In this document: positions 20,352 to 28,612 of the stretch, in pieces
Layout: every line of letters begins with the position of its first letter
Position numbering within the stretch: the stretch's first letter is position 1
Made by a program: the position numbers and the translations under genes
NCBI GenBank assembly: GCA_004376575.1
Contig: SOJN01000075.1
Location: forward strand, 15,842 to 79,841
Direction: 5' to 3'
From: a candidate division TA06 bacterium
GTDB lineage: Bacteria > Hydrothermota > DG-26 > E44-bin18
Length of the DNA stretch: 64,000 nucleotides
Notes under the pieces: generated by a model
What the model was told of the DNA's origin: nothing
What the model saw: only the letters and a program-made list of their open reading frames with translations
The model's database searches: none

Positions 20352-20858
20352 TCACTGTCCTGCTGTCAGAACCAGCACGAGAAGAGCGTCCTTTCCAAAA
20401 CCTCTGATGCTGTATTCCTCTGCCCAAGTAGATGCGCCAGTAGGGAAGCACTCATAGTAACTACATCCCGAAATCGTTCCAAGCGCGTTGCTCTCCCATG
20501 AATTAGTCGTAAGAAGGAACGGATTCTTGAACCCAAGCGGCAAGAGAACGTCGCTTCCCGACGGGCTTACACCATTTGCCGCACCAGCAATCGATTTCAC
20601 TGCGGTAGAGACCGTGGGATACCCGAGGGCAACCAACACTTCGCTTACCGTCGTTGCGCAGGTTCTGGGATATGCTCCCTCAGACATGGTCGAGAAGTCC
20701 TCGGCAGCAAGCTGGAGTGTGTGCATGTTCGACTTGAGCGAGGCTTCCTTTGCCCTGCTCCTCATCGACATGAAGTTCGGGATAGCAATGGCAGCCAGAA
20801 TTCCTATGATCACCACCACAATCATCAGCTCGATCAATGTGAATCCTTTCTCTCTCAT
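20352..20858 (-). CDS. type IV pilin (prepilin-type N-terminal cleavage/methylation domain), paralog 1
   Basis: 168 aa; leader 'MREKG|FTLIELMIVVVIIGILAAIAIPNF' class III signal with G-1/F+1/E+5; Cys pair in the C-terminal half. Confidence 0.85.
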   Translation of the reverse strand: MREKGFTLIELMIVVVIIGILAAIAIPNFMSMRSRAKEASLKSNMHTLQLAAEDFSTMSEGAYPRTCATTVSEVLVALGYPTVSTAVKSIAGAANGVSPSGSDVLLPLGFKNPFLLTTNSWESNALGTISGCSYYECFPTGASTWAEEYSIRGFGKDALLVLVLTAGQ

Positions 20859-20949
20859 TTGTGCCCCTTGCTGCCAACCTTCACAGGTTCCATTCTCTGA
20901 TCCAGAACGCCCAAGTCTATAGTATATATAGACTTTCAGTCACCTAAAT

Positions 20950-20985
20950 GAAGAAATGGCAGGCCCCAGGCCTGCCATTTCTTCC
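20950..20985 (-). terminator. rho-independent terminator downstream of pilin 2 (duplicate of the 20300 hairpin)
   Basis: Stem AAATGGCAGGCC/GGCCTGCCATTT; near-identical to the copy after pilin 1 and followed by the same 'ATAGTATATATAGACTTTCAG' flank. Confidence 0.7.
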
Positions 20986-21001
20986 ACAAGGCAACTCGAA
21001 A

Positions 21002-21517
21002 TTACTGTCCTGCCGTTAGTATCAGTACGAGAAGAGCGTCCTTACCATAACCTCTGATGCTGTATGCTATTTCCGCAACACCAGTGCCAGGAAGTGACTC
21101 GTAGTAAGTACATCCTGCAATGGCTCCAGGCGCATTGCTCTCCCAGGCATTCACCGTAGGAAGGAACGGATTCTTGAACGCAAGCGGCAAGAGCGGATTG
21201 TTGGCTGATTGGGGGGCTAGCCCGGCTACTGCACCAGCAATCGATTTCACTGCGGTAAGGACCGTGGGATACCCGAGGGCAACCAACACTTCGCTTACCG
21301 TCGTTGCGCAGGTTCTGGGATATGCTCCCTCAGACATGGTCGAGAAGTCCTCGGCAGCAAGCTGGAGTGTGTGCATGTTCGACTTGAGCGAGGCTTCCTT
21401 TGCCCTGCTCCTCATCGACATGAAGTTCGGGATAGCAATGGCAGCCAGAATTCCTATGATCACCACCACAATCATCAGCTCGATCAACGTGAATCCTTTC
21501 TCTTTCATTCGTTTCAC
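21002..21517 (-). CDS. type IV pilin, paralog 2 (tandem duplicate of paralog 1)
   Basis: 171 aa; identical to paralog 1 over the first ~85 mature residues, divergent C-terminal region; same Cys pair. Confidence 0.85.
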   Translation of the reverse strand: MKRMKEKGFTLIELMIVVVIIGILAAIAIPNFMSMRSRAKEASLKSNMHTLQLAAEDFSTMSEGAYPRTCATTVSEVLVALGYPTVLTAVKSIAGAVAGLAPQSANNPLLPLAFKNPFLPTVNAWESNAPGAIAGCTYYESLPGTGVAEIAYSIRGYGKDALLVLILTAGQ

Positions 21518-21591
21518 CCCCTTTCTACGTCAAGTTTGAAAATCCCTAGATACCTTATCTTAGCAGTTCTTCAATAGTTTCTATAGCATGG

Positions 21592-21607
21592 TCGCAAGAA
21601 GCGTGCC
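21592..21607 (-). promoter_or_regulatory. sigma-54 (-24/-12) promoter upstream of pilin 2
   Basis: Minus strand reads TGGCAC-GCTTC-TTGCG, matching TGGCAC-N5-TTGC; about 75 nt upstream of the ATG. Confidence 0.6.
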
Positions 21608-21786
21608 AATTCTGCCGGACCTGCAGAGCCAGGCCAGTATCATATTAAGAGACAGAGACTTAGGCCATCTGACCCGCCGTCTCATCAACTCCCTGCAACG
21701 GTCCATTTCTCGCAGGCTTTGCATAGTGCAAGGGTCGTGTTGCAAAACGCAAAGAGTAATAGAACGATACTGTTGTCCATGTTCGC

Positions 21787-23910
21787 CTATTTTTGAAAGA
21801 ACCAGTAGTGAAAAGAGTTATAACTTCCTATTATTTCAATAGTTGTCTTCTCTGAGAAGACAAACTGAGAAGGGACTTCTAGCACGGTTTCGCACCACGT
21901 GTCATTCCCGAGTGTCTTTATCCCAGCCCCCTCCAGCTTCAGGCCACTGACATATACATCAACGGGAGTAAATGGGGGCGCGTTAGAAGTAATATATCCG
22001 TCAGGAAGAACAGGCGAGTATCTGAAAGTCTTGAATCCTGAAACTGACCTTGTAACGATCCTCAGAGTCTTTCCTGGCAATGTGGATATAGTGAATCTTT
22101 CGCCCCCAAGGATAAGCCGCCCACCGTCTGCAATCTTTTTCTCGTCGCCATAGGTGGCAGAGTGTAAGCCTACATCCAGTCTCGCCCCGGACTCCCTGGA
22201 CAGAATCGAATATCTGCACCTTTGTTCATCTTCAAGGTAGCCAATATCAAGAGAATCGACAGCTATCCAGCCTTCATGATCAGAAACGGGCAACCTCCCA
22301 GCATCGACAGAACTGTAGTCCACAGCAAATATGGTCTGCCCCATTCCATAGATAGGTACAGGTTCGTAAACCTTATCACCAAACAGTTCATACAAGGATT
22401 CAATCCCCTCTGACTTTTCGGCGAAAGTGGACACGATGGCAATGTGTGAGGGCCTCTCGCCTTTTGTCATGTGTGAGACCTCTTCTGCGACAGCGCCCCA
22501 TCCCATTCTCCATCTACCGTAGAATCTGGCTGTGGTCAAGCCCAGGAGGTCAACTGTTTTCTTCCCCCCGTAGTATTTCAGAGCTCCAGCATCTACAAGT
22601 CCCAGCACGTCACCTTTCTTGAGCTTAGACCTCACCCACTCTGCCGGTTCCACGGTGGCGACCCGGACGAGCCGGGATTCAAATGCATACTGGACAAAGG
22701 AATACACAAGTCCAACGACCGATAGAACCACGAAGAAGGCGAGAAGACCATCCCTAAAAGAACGCTCGCCCAGCTTCTCGCCGAGAGCCGACGAGAGGAC
22801 AAAAACCCCTGCGACCATACATAAGATAAAGATCGGATAAAAAGGTATTAGATATCTGTGATGTTGAAATCCACTTGCAGATGTGAATGCGACGAATCCC
22901 ACCCCGATGGTGAAAACGGCAAGCAGAACTGTGAATCCAGAAATCTGCCGGCTGCGCAATTCTCTGGCAGCACCAGCAAAGGAACCGAAGAGAAAAAAGA
23001 ATAGAGCAAACGGCGCAAAGTAGGAGATTGGAGAGTGCCCGGCGAATCCGATGGTGGCAATGGACGGGTAGCCTGCTCCGAATATTCCCCTTATGGTATC
23101 AAGCACATAGCTTGTCCCAGCATAGATAAGGCTGAAGATGTGAGGGTCTATCCACAGGCTCTTTGAGGATCCAGAACTGGGAGAGAAATGACCTCCGACC
23201 GCCTTGTTCATGACCAGGTAGGCAATTGAAATCGAGAACGGAAGGAGAACCCAGGCCCAGCCTTTCTGAAGACCCTTCAAGCCTTCCTTCAGTCCTCTCA
23301 GGTGGCCTGCAAGCAGAAGAAGGAGCGCGAGGGAGCACCCCAACACCACTCCCTCAGGCCTGCTTATGGTCAGCAGGGCACATACCACCATCGTCCTCTT
23401 GTAAGTCTTTCCTTCCATATCCCTCAGGAAGGAGAGGACCGAGAAGAGCAGGAGAGTGGTAAAAAGCGGAATCTCAAGGCCTGAAAGATAACCCCAGACA
23501 ATCTGTCCGTTTACCAAAAACAGGACGGCAGCAGGGAGTCCAGCTCCTGCTCCCACAAGCGCCTCAACGATTCTGTACATGAGCCAGGCTGAAATCAAAA
23601 GCCCAGCGACTCCTATTAGAAAGGCCAGAAGGAATAGAAGCGGCCCACGGAAACCTATCAAGTAGCCAAACGAAAGGGTGATCCAGTAAAGAAAGCTGGT
23701 CATGCCAGTGGTAGGCGCATCACCGGTATTATACTGAAATGGGTGGCCTGACACCAGTTGTCTGGCATATTGAAAGTATATGTAGGAGTCATCAGTGGGA
23801 AACGTGGGATGGCCGTCCGTAAACCAGTTTGAGCCCCCGATGAAGACCGCGGAGACGAGCAGACTCAAGAGAAGAAAAACAAAACCAGATCTCTTATAGA
23901 AAGGTCCCAC
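21787..23910 (-). CDS. large polytopic membrane protein, GT-C glycosyltransferase-like (ArnT/PMT/TfpW-like topology)
   Basis: 707 aa; about 12 N-terminal TM helices with an early 'DDSYIYFQYARQL' loop motif, then a ~300-aa C-terminal soluble domain; sits between pilin genes. Confidence 0.4.
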   Translation of the reverse strand: MGPFYKRSGFVFLLLSLLVSAVFIGGSNWFTDGHPTFPTDDSYIYFQYARQLVSGHPFQYNTGDAPTTGMTSFLYWITLSFGYLIGFRGPLLFLLAFLIGVAGLLISAWLMYRIVEALVGAGAGLPAAVLFLVNGQIVWGYLSGLEIPLFTTLLLFSVLSFLRDMEGKTYKRTMVVCALLTISRPEGVVLGCSLALLLLLAGHLRGLKEGLKGLQKGWAWVLLPFSISIAYLVMNKAVGGHFSPSSGSSKSLWIDPHIFSLIYAGTSYVLDTIRGIFGAGYPSIATIGFAGHSPISYFAPFALFFFLFGSFAGAARELRSRQISGFTVLLAVFTIGVGFVAFTSASGFQHHRYLIPFYPIFILCMVAGVFVLSSALGEKLGERSFRDGLLAFFVVLSVVGLVYSFVQYAFESRLVRVATVEPAEWVRSKLKKGDVLGLVDAGALKYYGGKKTVDLLGLTTARFYGRWRMGWGAVAEEVSHMTKGERPSHIAIVSTFAEKSEGIESLYELFGDKVYEPVPIYGMGQTIFAVDYSSVDAGRLPVSDHEGWIAVDSLDIGYLEDEQRCRYSILSRESGARLDVGLHSATYGDEKKIADGGRLILGGERFTISTLPGKTLRIVTRSVSGFKTFRYSPVLPDGYITSNAPPFTPVDVYVSGLKLEGAGIKTLGNDTWCETVLEVPSQFVFSEKTTIEIIGSYNSFHYWFFQK

Positions 23911-23938
23911 AAGTCTTCCTAACGAGTGCTAAAGGGGT

Positions 23939-24490
23939 TTAGTGTCCAGAGTGAAGAACTAGTGCCAGGGGTCTGCCTTTACCATAACCGCAGATCGAGT
24001 AGCCAATCGCGACCTCGCCATCACCTTTCACGCCGGACTCGTCGTATCCTGTGTAGTAGCTGCATCCTGCGGGAGGTGTTGCAGGCGGACCCTGAATGTT
24101 GTCCACTGCGTTACCACCTTTTCTAAAAGGATTTTTGAAGCCGTGGTGAGGATAAAGTAGAGCATATGGAGTGAATGGCGGAGCCCTCCTTCCGTCAGCA
24201 AGGGACCGTCTGAAGGGCACCTTACTTTCCCAGCCCGCAGGTACGGAAAAGCCTAGAGTTGAGAGGATGTCTCCTACTCTTGTATCAATGGACCCCGGAT
24301 AAAACCCTTCTGAGAGGGCGGCAAAGTCTTCCACGCTTATCTGAATCGTGTGCATGTTCGCCCGAAGCGCAGCCTCATAGGCTCTGTATCTCGAACTCAT
24401 GAAATTGGGGACTGCTATGGCGGCCACCAGACCGATGATGGCCACAACCATCATCAGTTCAATAAGTGTAAAACCACTACCCCTCCGCAT
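23939..24490 (-). CDS. type IV pilin, paralog 3
   Basis: Real start at the internal Met 'MRRGSG|FTLIELMMVVAIIGLVAAIAVPNF'; shares 'FKNPF', 'GCSYY', 'LxLVL' C-terminal motifs with paralogs 1 and 2. Confidence 0.8.
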   Translation of the reverse strand: MRRGSGFTLIELMMVVAIIGLVAAIAVPNFMSSRYRAYEAALRANMHTIQISVEDFAALSEGFYPGSIDTRVGDILSTLGFSVPAGWESKVPFRRSLADGRRAPPFTPYALLYPHHGFKNPFRKGGNAVDNIQGPPATPPAGCSYYTGYDESGVKGDGEVAIGYSICGYGKGRPLALVLHSGH

Positions 24491-24544
24491 CTGGGCCCCT
24501 TCGAAGGTTCTACCGAGCCTGTTAGCCTGTTTAGGCCTAGTAGT

Positions 24545-24560
24545 GGCAAGTTTTGTGCCA
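24545..24560 (-). promoter_or_regulatory. sigma-54 (-24/-12) promoter upstream of pilin 3
   Basis: Minus strand reads TGGCAC-AAAAC-TTGCC; about 45-55 nt upstream of the ATG at 24490. Confidence 0.65.
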
Positions 24561-24789
24561 CAACGGCACCGGGTTCGTCTTTCGTAAGCTAAAGCTAAGG
24601 AAATCAGAGTCTTAGCGGAGAAGAACCGCACGAAGAGAACTCGAGGTGAACACGTTTTGAATGGTCTGACTGTCGCAAAACGCGGACAGTGAAACGAGCA
24701 CGTTACAGCCAGAGCACCGTTCTGTTTCGCTTTCGAGGGGACGCTCCACTGAGAGAGGCGCTGTATTCAAATAGAGTCAGTAGGTTGAG

Positions 24790-24812
24790 GGCTCCGCACC
24801 AGAAGCGGAGCC
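24790..24812 (-). terminator. stable hairpin downstream of cspA (possible terminator lacking a U-tract)
   Basis: GGCTCCGC-ACCAGAA-GCGGAGCC 8-bp GC-rich stem about 25 nt after the csp stop. Confidence 0.3.
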
Positions 24813-24836
24813 GACAATTTCAGACCACAAGAGCCT

Positions 24837-25037
24837 TTACAACTTGACCACGTTAACAGCCTGCAGTCCCTTTTCGCCCTCAACTACTTCGAATTCAACT
24901 TCCTCGCCTTCGGCTAGGGTCTTGAATCCTTCTCCCTTAATGGCCGAAAAATGGACGAATACATCCTGGCCGTCCTCCTGAGCGATAAAGCCGTAGCCCT
25001 TGCTCTCGTTGAACCACTTAACCTTACCTTTCGCCAT
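24837..25037 (-). CDS. cspA: cold-shock protein (CspA family)
   Basis: 66 aa; '[15 protein letters not shown]' RNP1 and 'VFVHFSAI' RNP2 motifs. Confidence 0.95.
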   Translation of the reverse strand: MAKGKVKWFNESKGYGFIAQEDGQDVFVHFSAIKGEGFKTLAEGEEVEFEVVEGEKGLQAVNVVKL

Positions 25038-25085
25038 GCAACCATACCTCCCTACTCAACAGGTTTGCCGCGAGTCACTCAAATG

Positions 25086-25113
25086 GATAGTAGCGACTTG
25101 GGCGGCATTGTCA
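25086..25113 (-). promoter_or_regulatory. putative sigma-70 promoter of cspA
   Basis: Minus-strand TTGACA, 16 nt, TACTAT, followed by a ~45-nt leader with GGGAGG RBS. Confidence 0.45.
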
Positions 25114-25127
25114 ATCCGAATTTCATC

Positions 25128-26096
25128 TCAGAAGCTGTAAGACCCTGAGATTCGTGTTGTTCCTCCTAACTCATCGTGGTCTAGATGGGCGTAGTCAAAG
25201 CTGAACCCTTTGTAAGCCAGGCCAGCTCCGAAGGTGAGATGGCCAGCATCTATGCCGATTCTGCCTGACACCGTCTTTCTGTAAACATACTCAGCGCCAA
25301 AGTGCGACTCTCCACTCACAAGATCGTATGCAAACTGAGAAGCAACCTTTCTTCTGTTCTCGAATTTGATGTCCACATCTGCGGCCAGAGCGAATTTTCC
25401 TTTGGGAAAAGTGACAGGTGTATTGAGGGCAAAACCCAGGCTGGTTGTGGGCATAACGTATTCCCAGGTCCCTGTGTCCCAGCTTAGAACCGTTGTAGTA
25501 ATATCCCGTACGCTCAGGCCGAGAGAGACCTTCGAGTGGGGATTATAAATGGCACCTAGGTCCACACCAGCACCCAGCCCGCTCGCTGTGTACAAGTCGG
25601 CCTGAACGATCTTGAAGCTGCCTCCAAGCCTCAACTGTTCCCCTACCGCTCTGGAATAGTTGAGATAACCTACGTGGTAAGAGACGCTGACCCGTTTGTC
25701 AACTTCCGGTATGTTTTGTGGACCGGGCAGTTCGTCGGGGTCAGGCACCACGGTAAGAGCAATGTCATCAACTGCCAGCCTCAGAAGGGCAAAACCGATA
25801 GCGCTTCTTGCCCCCAGAAAATCCTTGAGAGGATGGACATAGGAGCCCCCGTCGCAACTGACAATCCCCCCGAATCTTTCAGAATGCTGCAGGAAGACCT
25901 GGCGGGTATCCATCTGCGAAGTGCCTGCTGGATTCCAATAAGGGGCGGTTGCATCGTCGCTTAAGGCGACAAATGCACTTCCCATGGCCAGAGACCTCGC
26001 TCCAACGCCCAGGCTCAAGAACTCACCAGCATATTTCTCTGCTTGGGAACTCCCGCTCAGAACTAAGAGGAGGGAAACTATCCAGATTTTTCTCAT
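25128..26096 (-). CDS. outer-membrane beta-barrel protein, PorV/PorQ-like (T9SS-associated family)
   Basis: 322 aa; signal peptide; 'FLSLGVGARSLAMGSAFVALSDDATAPYWNPAG' N-terminal motif recalled from PorV/PorQ-family proteins; alternating beta pattern; ends in aromatic F. Confidence 0.45.
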   Translation of the reverse strand: MRKIWIVSLLLVLSGSSQAEKYAGEFLSLGVGARSLAMGSAFVALSDDATAPYWNPAGTSQMDTRQVFLQHSERFGGIVSCDGGSYVHPLKDFLGARSAIGFALLRLAVDDIALTVVPDPDELPGPQNIPEVDKRVSVSYHVGYLNYSRAVGEQLRLGGSFKIVQADLYTASGLGAGVDLGAIYNPHSKVSLGLSVRDITTTVLSWDTGTWEYVMPTTSLGFALNTPVTFPKGKFALAADVDIKFENRRKVASQFAYDLVSGESHFGAEYVYRKTVSGRIGIDAGHLTFGAGLAYKGFSFDYAHLDHDELGGTTRISGSYSF

Positions 26097-26167
26097 TTCA
26101 TACTTTTAACTACCACAAGCATTATACCCTATTCCCCATATCCTGTCAAGGGAAGTTGAATTCCGGA

Positions 26168-26262
26168 ACCACAGATTTCACAGATTATCACAAGATTCCC
26201 CATTCATGGTTTTGTTAATAGTTCATCGATTTTTCTGTGTCAATCTCGTGGAATCTTGTGGT
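26168..26262. repeat. inverted-repeat element copy A (arms CCACAGATTTCACAG / CTGTGTCAATCTCGTGGAATCTTGTGG)
   Basis: Shares 17-nt left arm, internal 'GATTATCAC-AGATT' and tandem AATCT(C/T)GTGG right-arm half-sites with the copy at 34788..34912. Confidence 0.6.
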
Positions 26263-26279
26263 TAGCGGTTCTGTTTCCG

Positions 26280-26308
26280 ATTTTCGATTTTCGATTTTCT
26301 ATTTTCGG
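26280..26308. repeat. (GATTTTC)4 heptanucleotide microsatellite
   Basis: GATTTTC GATTTTC GATTTTC TATTTTC immediately 3' of repeat copy A and just upstream of the guaB stop. Confidence 0.8.
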
Positions 26309-26311
26309 GTT

Positions 26312-27769
26312 CTACTTGGTGATTTCATAGTTCGGGGCTTCTTTCGTAATGGTAACATCATGCGGGTGGGATTCTCTAAGCCCCGCGCCCGTCACTCTCA
26401 CGAAACGCGCCCTTCTCCTCAGCTCTCCCAGATCCTTCGCTCCGCAGTAGCCCATTCCAGAGCGGATGCCCCCTACCAGTTGATAGACCGTGTCTGATAC
26501 GGGCCCCCTATAAGGGACTCTCCCTTCAACCCCCTCGGGAACAAGTTTCTTCGCACCCATCTGGAAGTATCTGTCCTTGCTTCCTGACTTCATCGCATCT
26601 ATTGACCCCATCGCCCTGTACACCTTGAATCTTCTTCCTTCCAGGGTAATGGTCTCCCCGGGGCTCTCGTCGGTCCCGGCGAGAAGATTTCCTACCATCA
26701 CGCTGTCCGCACCTGCGGCCAGGGCTTTCACAATGTCTCCAGAATATTTGACTCCGCCGTCCGCAATGACCGGTACGCCCTTAGCTCTTGCCACTGCACA
26801 GCAATCCATTATCGCGGTCAGTTGTGGCACTCCGACGCCTGCTATCACCCTTGTAGTACATATTGACCCCGGCCCTATTCCTACCTTTATCGCCGATGCG
26901 CCAAGGACTATCAGAGCCTTCGTCGCTTCCTTGGTGGCCACATTACCTACAATCAGCTCCACATCTTTTATTGTCTCCTTCAGTTTTCTCGCAGTATTCA
27001 TAACCATCTCAGAATGACCGTGGGCCGTATCCACCACTATGCAGTCTGCCCCAGAATTGGCGAGCGCTCTTGCCCTGTCAATTGTGTCCTCGCTGATTCC
27101 CACTGCTGCGCCCACCCTCAGCCTGCCCAGCGAATCCTTGCAGGCATTTGGATAGAGAATCGACTTCATCATGTCTTTTGCCGTGATGAGGCCCTTCAAT
27201 CTTCCCTCACTATCAACTACAGGTAGTTTTTCCACCTTGGCTTTTCTCAGAACTTCCTGTGCCTTTTCCAGGCTAGTCCCCACGGGAACACTGACCAGAC
27301 CTTCTCTGGTCATCAATTCCTCCACCTTCAGACTCATCTCATCCTCAAAGAGCAGATCCCTCTTTGTCAGCATACCAAGGAGATTTCCTTCCCCACCGAC
27401 AACCGGCAAGCCCGATATGGAAAACTCGCTCATTAATTGGATCGCCTGCCCAATGGTTTGATCTGGCGACAAGGTGATGGGCTGCTGGATGATACCGCTC
27501 TCAGACCGCTTCACCCTGTCAACCTGAGACGCCTGCTCATCAATGGTCGTGTTCTTGTGGATGACCCCAATTCCCCCTTCTCTGGCGATGGCGATGGCCA
27601 TCTCAGCTTCGGTGACAGTATCCATTGCGGCACTCACCAGTGGAATATTGAGCGTCAGCTTCCTGGTGAGTCTGGTGGCCACTTCAACCTGCCTGGGAAG
27701 GACAGAAGATTTCCTGGGCACCAGAAGTACGTCATCAAAGGTCAAGCCATTCCTCAAGTCACCTTTCAT
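26312..27769 (-). CDS. guaB: IMP dehydrogenase
   Basis: 485 aa; '[11 protein letters not shown]', tandem CBS domains, catalytic '[11 protein letters not shown]'. Confidence 0.95.
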   Translation of the reverse strand: MKGDLRNGLTFDDVLLVPRKSSVLPRQVEVATRLTRKLTLNIPLVSAAMDTVTEAEMAIAIAREGGIGVIHKNTTIDEQASQVDRVKRSESGIIQQPITLSPDQTIGQAIQLMSEFSISGLPVVGGEGNLLGMLTKRDLLFEDEMSLKVEELMTREGLVSVPVGTSLEKAQEVLRKAKVEKLPVVDSEGRLKGLITAKDMMKSILYPNACKDSLGRLRVGAAVGISEDTIDRARALANSGADCIVVDTAHGHSEMVMNTARKLKETIKDVELIVGNVATKEATKALIVLGASAIKVGIGPGSICTTRVIAGVGVPQLTAIMDCCAVARAKGVPVIADGGVKYSGDIVKALAAGADSVMVGNLLAGTDESPGETITLEGRRFKVYRAMGSIDAMKSGSKDRYFQMGAKKLVPEGVEGRVPYRGPVSDTVYQLVGGIRSGMGYCGAKDLGELRRRARFVRVTGAGLRESHPHDVTITKEAPNYEITK

Positions 27770-27784
27770 GCAGCTACCTCCACT

Positions 27785-28612
27785 TCACGCTAAAGAGGCC
27801 GGGAGCTTCCCTTCAAACACCAGTACAGCGGCCCCCTCGAGAAAAACGTTGGTTATCGATTCGCCATCCCGGCGAAAGTGAACCTTCAGCACCTCTCCGC
27901 CTGCAGTCGCACAGTGGACAGGGGATCTAAGGCCCTTCTTTATCCCCTCCACCAGAGCGACAGCGACACATCCTGTTCCGCAGGCGAGAGTCTCATCTTC
28001 AACGCCTCTTTCATAGGTTCTCACTTTGAGCCGACCACGAGGGAGAACCTGCACAAAATCCACGTTGGTCCCGTCTGGCTGAAACTTGGGTAGATACCGT
28101 ATCTCCTTTCCAAGTTCCAACACATCAATCTTCTTCACATCTTCAACCGCAACCACCACATGGGGAACTCCAGTGTGCACATAGCTGGCTGAAACCTCTC
28201 TGCCAGTCAATTCAAGCGGAACCTCGAGATCCATCTGAGCTGGATCGCTCATCTTCAGCTTGACAGCATCTTTATTGACAGACGCCGCATGTATCCCGTC
28301 CTTCGACCTGAACCTCATCTTACGCCCCGCTATCTCCTTCACGTGTGCATAAAGGGCAGCACACCTACCACCATTTCCGCACATCTCGGCCTCAGATCCG
28401 TCAGCATTAAAATATCTCATCAAGAAGTCACATTCGTCGTCCTTTTCAATCAGAATCATTCCGTCGGCGCCAATCCCAACTCTCCTTTTGCATACGCTCT
28501 GCGCGAACTCGCTAAGGTCTTTATTGAGCTTTCCGTTTCGGTTATCGAAAACGACGAAATCGTTCCCGCTGCCCGACATCTTCGCAAAACTTATGGTACG
28601 AGTTTTCTTCAT
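27785..28612 (-). CDS. dapF: diaminopimelate epimerase
   Basis: Start taken at 'MKKTRTISFAKMSGSGNDFVV' (DapF N-terminal motif); second 'GTGCVA' Cys-containing half-site motif. Confidence 0.85.
   Translation of the reverse strand: MKKTRTISFAKMSGSGNDFVVFDNRNGKLNKDLSEFAQSVCKRRVGIGADGMILIEKDDECDFLMRYFNADGSEAEMCGNGGRCAALYAHVKEIAGRKMRFRSKDGIHAASVNKDAVKLKMSDPAQMDLEVPLELTGREVSASYVHTGVPHVVVAVEDVKKIDVLELGKEIRYLPKFQPDGTNVDFVQVLPRGRLKVRTYERGVEDETLACGTGCVAVALVEGIKKGLRSPVHCATAGGEVLKVHFRRDGESITNVFLEGAAVLVFEGKLPASLA

Noticed and set aside
26280-26308. Short tandem repeats as a possible CRISPR array (also 32280..32325 and 41045..41245)
   Set aside because: Units are 7-14 bp with no spacer-sized unique inserts and no cas genes; these are microsatellite or operator-like repeats, not CRISPR
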